A DNA stretch of 64,000 bases from NCBI GenBank assembly GCA_043228905.1, contig JBHGNT010000003.1:20398001-20462000 (forward strand). The letters run 5' to 3'. The notes beneath the pieces are model-generated. The model was not told where the DNA came from, searched no databases, and saw only the letters and a list, made by a program, of their open reading frames with translations. The translations under genes were made by a program, and so were the position numbers. The stretch comes from Azolla caroliniana. Its lineage: Eukaryota; Plantae; Polypodiophyta. Below are positions 62,101 to 64,000 of this stretch, piece after piece. Each line of letters opens with the position of its first letter. Position 1 is the stretch's first letter.

Positions 62101-64000
62101 AGAGAAAACTGAACCTTATTGCAATCACAGCGACTTTGAGTGCATTTCTGTTAAATAGACACTCCCCTTTTCCTCCTTTTATGTGTCAATAATCCAAACA
62201 CTACACATTTTGTTTCTTTTAAATGTTGATCATCTGAACTCCAAACAGAACACCTAACCTGTTTTGAGCTTCTTTGAGTGCATTTCTGTCGAGTAGATAG
62301 CTCCCTTTTCCTCCTTTTACATGTCAATAATCCAAACACTACACATTTTGTTTCTTTTAAATTTTGATCATCTGAACTCCAAACAGAACACCTAACCTGA
62401 ACTTTTATACACGTGCCTCAGTGCTTTGGTGTTGAACCATTATTTATATCTCCCCTTCAATCAATCCAATGGGTTAACTCATTGTGTGAGTCTGAGTCAG
62501 CTTGTGTTGGAGTCCTCCCTTACAGATTGCCAAGTCTCACTCAGCCATCTACAAGACATGCTAATCCTAAGGAGCATTTTCAAAGTCAGATGTGACATCA
62601 TCTCTCTTCAATCAGATCTGGCTTTCATTCTATTGAGCCATGAAAAGCCAAAACTTATTGAGTCTCCAGCTCCCAATGAACTCATCAAAGTAGGGCCAAA
62701 AACTTGCATTCATAATCAATGGACTCTTCTCGAAATTGACTCATAGGCTGTAGATGTCCCTGCTTTGGGCTTGTTTTAATAATTGACTCATAGGCTGTAG
62801 ATGTCCTTGCTTCAGGCTTGTTTTAGAAATTGGCTAGCTGGCTATTGTAACAACTAACTCCTGCGAGCGTAAATTCTCTAGTACTCATACACCAACCATG
62901 TGTATGAAGAGAAGGATCCCAAAGCAATCAAGCCTAGGTTGTTTATCATATGTTGATACCTACATTGTTGCTTTCAAGGTGCTCCCCTTGTGAGCATTCA
63001 GAAGTATGGGTTTTTCAGAAAAAAGAGAACTGTGTCTGAGTTTTCATCACTGTGACAACTCCTATTAAATTGCAACCCAATTCCTATCAGCCTCAAACAC
63101 ACTAATGTGACAAGCTATATTTAAAGAGAAATTCCCTAGATGAGGAAATTACAATCTTCTAGCATAGACAAATGTATAATTGACCATTATAGTGTTTACA
63201 ATATTGACATTTTTAAAATGTTACGGGACTTGGTACAGGCAACCTCAATTTGACTCACTGACCACAGAAGATCAAATCATCTATGAAGCATCATGATCCT
63301 CTCAGATAAAAATATAGACCTTTTGAGTCTTATACCAATTCCTCTACATCAATCACAGCACTCCTTGTGTGACAAACTTGTGAGAGCAGAATTCTGTTGA
63401 TGAGAAAATTAAAATATTCTAATGAACACAGATATGGACAGTTAATGTATATGCAACATTGAACATTCAAATGTTGGCAGTTCAGTAAAACTGGTTGAAT
63501 CTTGATTTGGATCTCAATGATCATAAAGGACATATAATGCATGAAGATCCTCTAAACATAGAGAGTGATGGAGAGTATAGATCTACTGCATCTCAACACA
63601 ATTCAAACATACAGAGAGAGAGAGAGAGAGAGTATACATTGATTGAATCTTCTCGATTCCTAGCCTCCAAACATTACGTGAGTGTAGTCACAGTGTTTAT
63701 CAACAATTAACATATTTGCAAGATCGAAAAATTCTACCATTCTTAGATTGGTGATCACATATTATCTAAAAGGCATGAAAATCATCAAATTGAGTAAGGA
63801 AGAGGGAAAGACTATAAAATTACAGAGAAATAGCAAAATAAACAATAGTGGTGAAGAGAGAGAGGGGGGGGAGAAAAAGGTATAGAACTCATACTGAGGA
63901 TTGTCCATGTCCACCCCACTAACAATGCTATAGCCCGTCTTCTGGTTCATGAAAGGAGCAGTGGCAAGTTCAATGACGGGTCCTGATGAAGAAGGCATAA
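59177..64000 (-). CDS. SYP4: Qa-SNARE syntaxin of the SYP4/Tlg2 (SYP41/42/43) group, 5'-partial; exons >64000-63895, 61453-61174, 61088-60999, 60909-60835, 60181-60095, 59879-59814, 59736-59656, 59284-59177
   Basis: Motifs GPVIELA, TVGLPPAWVD, NVQRSLATNLQSLSMEFRKQQ, EREKEIIQIVESVNDLAQIMKDLSVLVIDQGTIVDRIDYN and a C-terminal transmembrane anchor. All phases are consistent. Confidence 0.95.
62135..62400. repeat. Tandem duplication of about 137 bp in the syntaxin intron
   Basis: TTTGAGTGCATTTCTGT...CTCCAAACAGAACACCTAACCTG occurs at ~62135 and ~62272. Confidence 0.9.
62733..62830. repeat. Tandem duplication of about 48 bp in the syntaxin intron
   Basis: AATTGACTCATAGGCTGTAGATGTCC.TGCTT..GGCTTGTTTTA occurs twice. 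Confidence 0.85.

Noticed and set aside
61860-62760. LINE remnant in the syntaxin intron
   Set aside because: There are only faint motif resemblances in stop-riddled frames, which is not supportable without a search.

Overview
Eukaryotic land-plant nuclear DNA: intron-rich genes, many microsatellites and decayed retroelements. A fern is my guess from the style of the PLS-PPR genes, but this is inference only. Seven protein-coding genes were reconstructed by manually checking splice phases. In order: an EMB506/AKRP-family plastid ankyrin-repeat gene (+, 1563-3680); two tandem PLS-class PPR genes ending in E domains with no DYW (+, ~5682/6407-9772 and 11510-14077); a TIFY8-type TIFY gene with no Jas domain (-, 18077-16090); the plastid Na+/H+ antiporter NHD1 (-, 35394-26802); a BRUTUS-family hemerythrin/CHY/RING E3 ligase (-, 48840-39426); and the 3' part of a SYP4-type syntaxin (-, runs off the window end, stop at 59177). 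Intergenic and intronic DNA holds three remnants of one non-LTR retrotransposon family, a cluster of tRNA-like (SINE-like) repeats, several young tandem duplications and G-box/ACGT-rich GC islands. I cannot demonstrate a new biological system from sequence alone. The best leads are a short repeat with two convergent tRNA-like heads, a BRUTUS whose middle hemerythrin domain has lost predicted iron ligands, a PPR protein with a His/Asn/Gly-rich 19-aa repeat N-terminus, and unusual splicing signals in NHD1.
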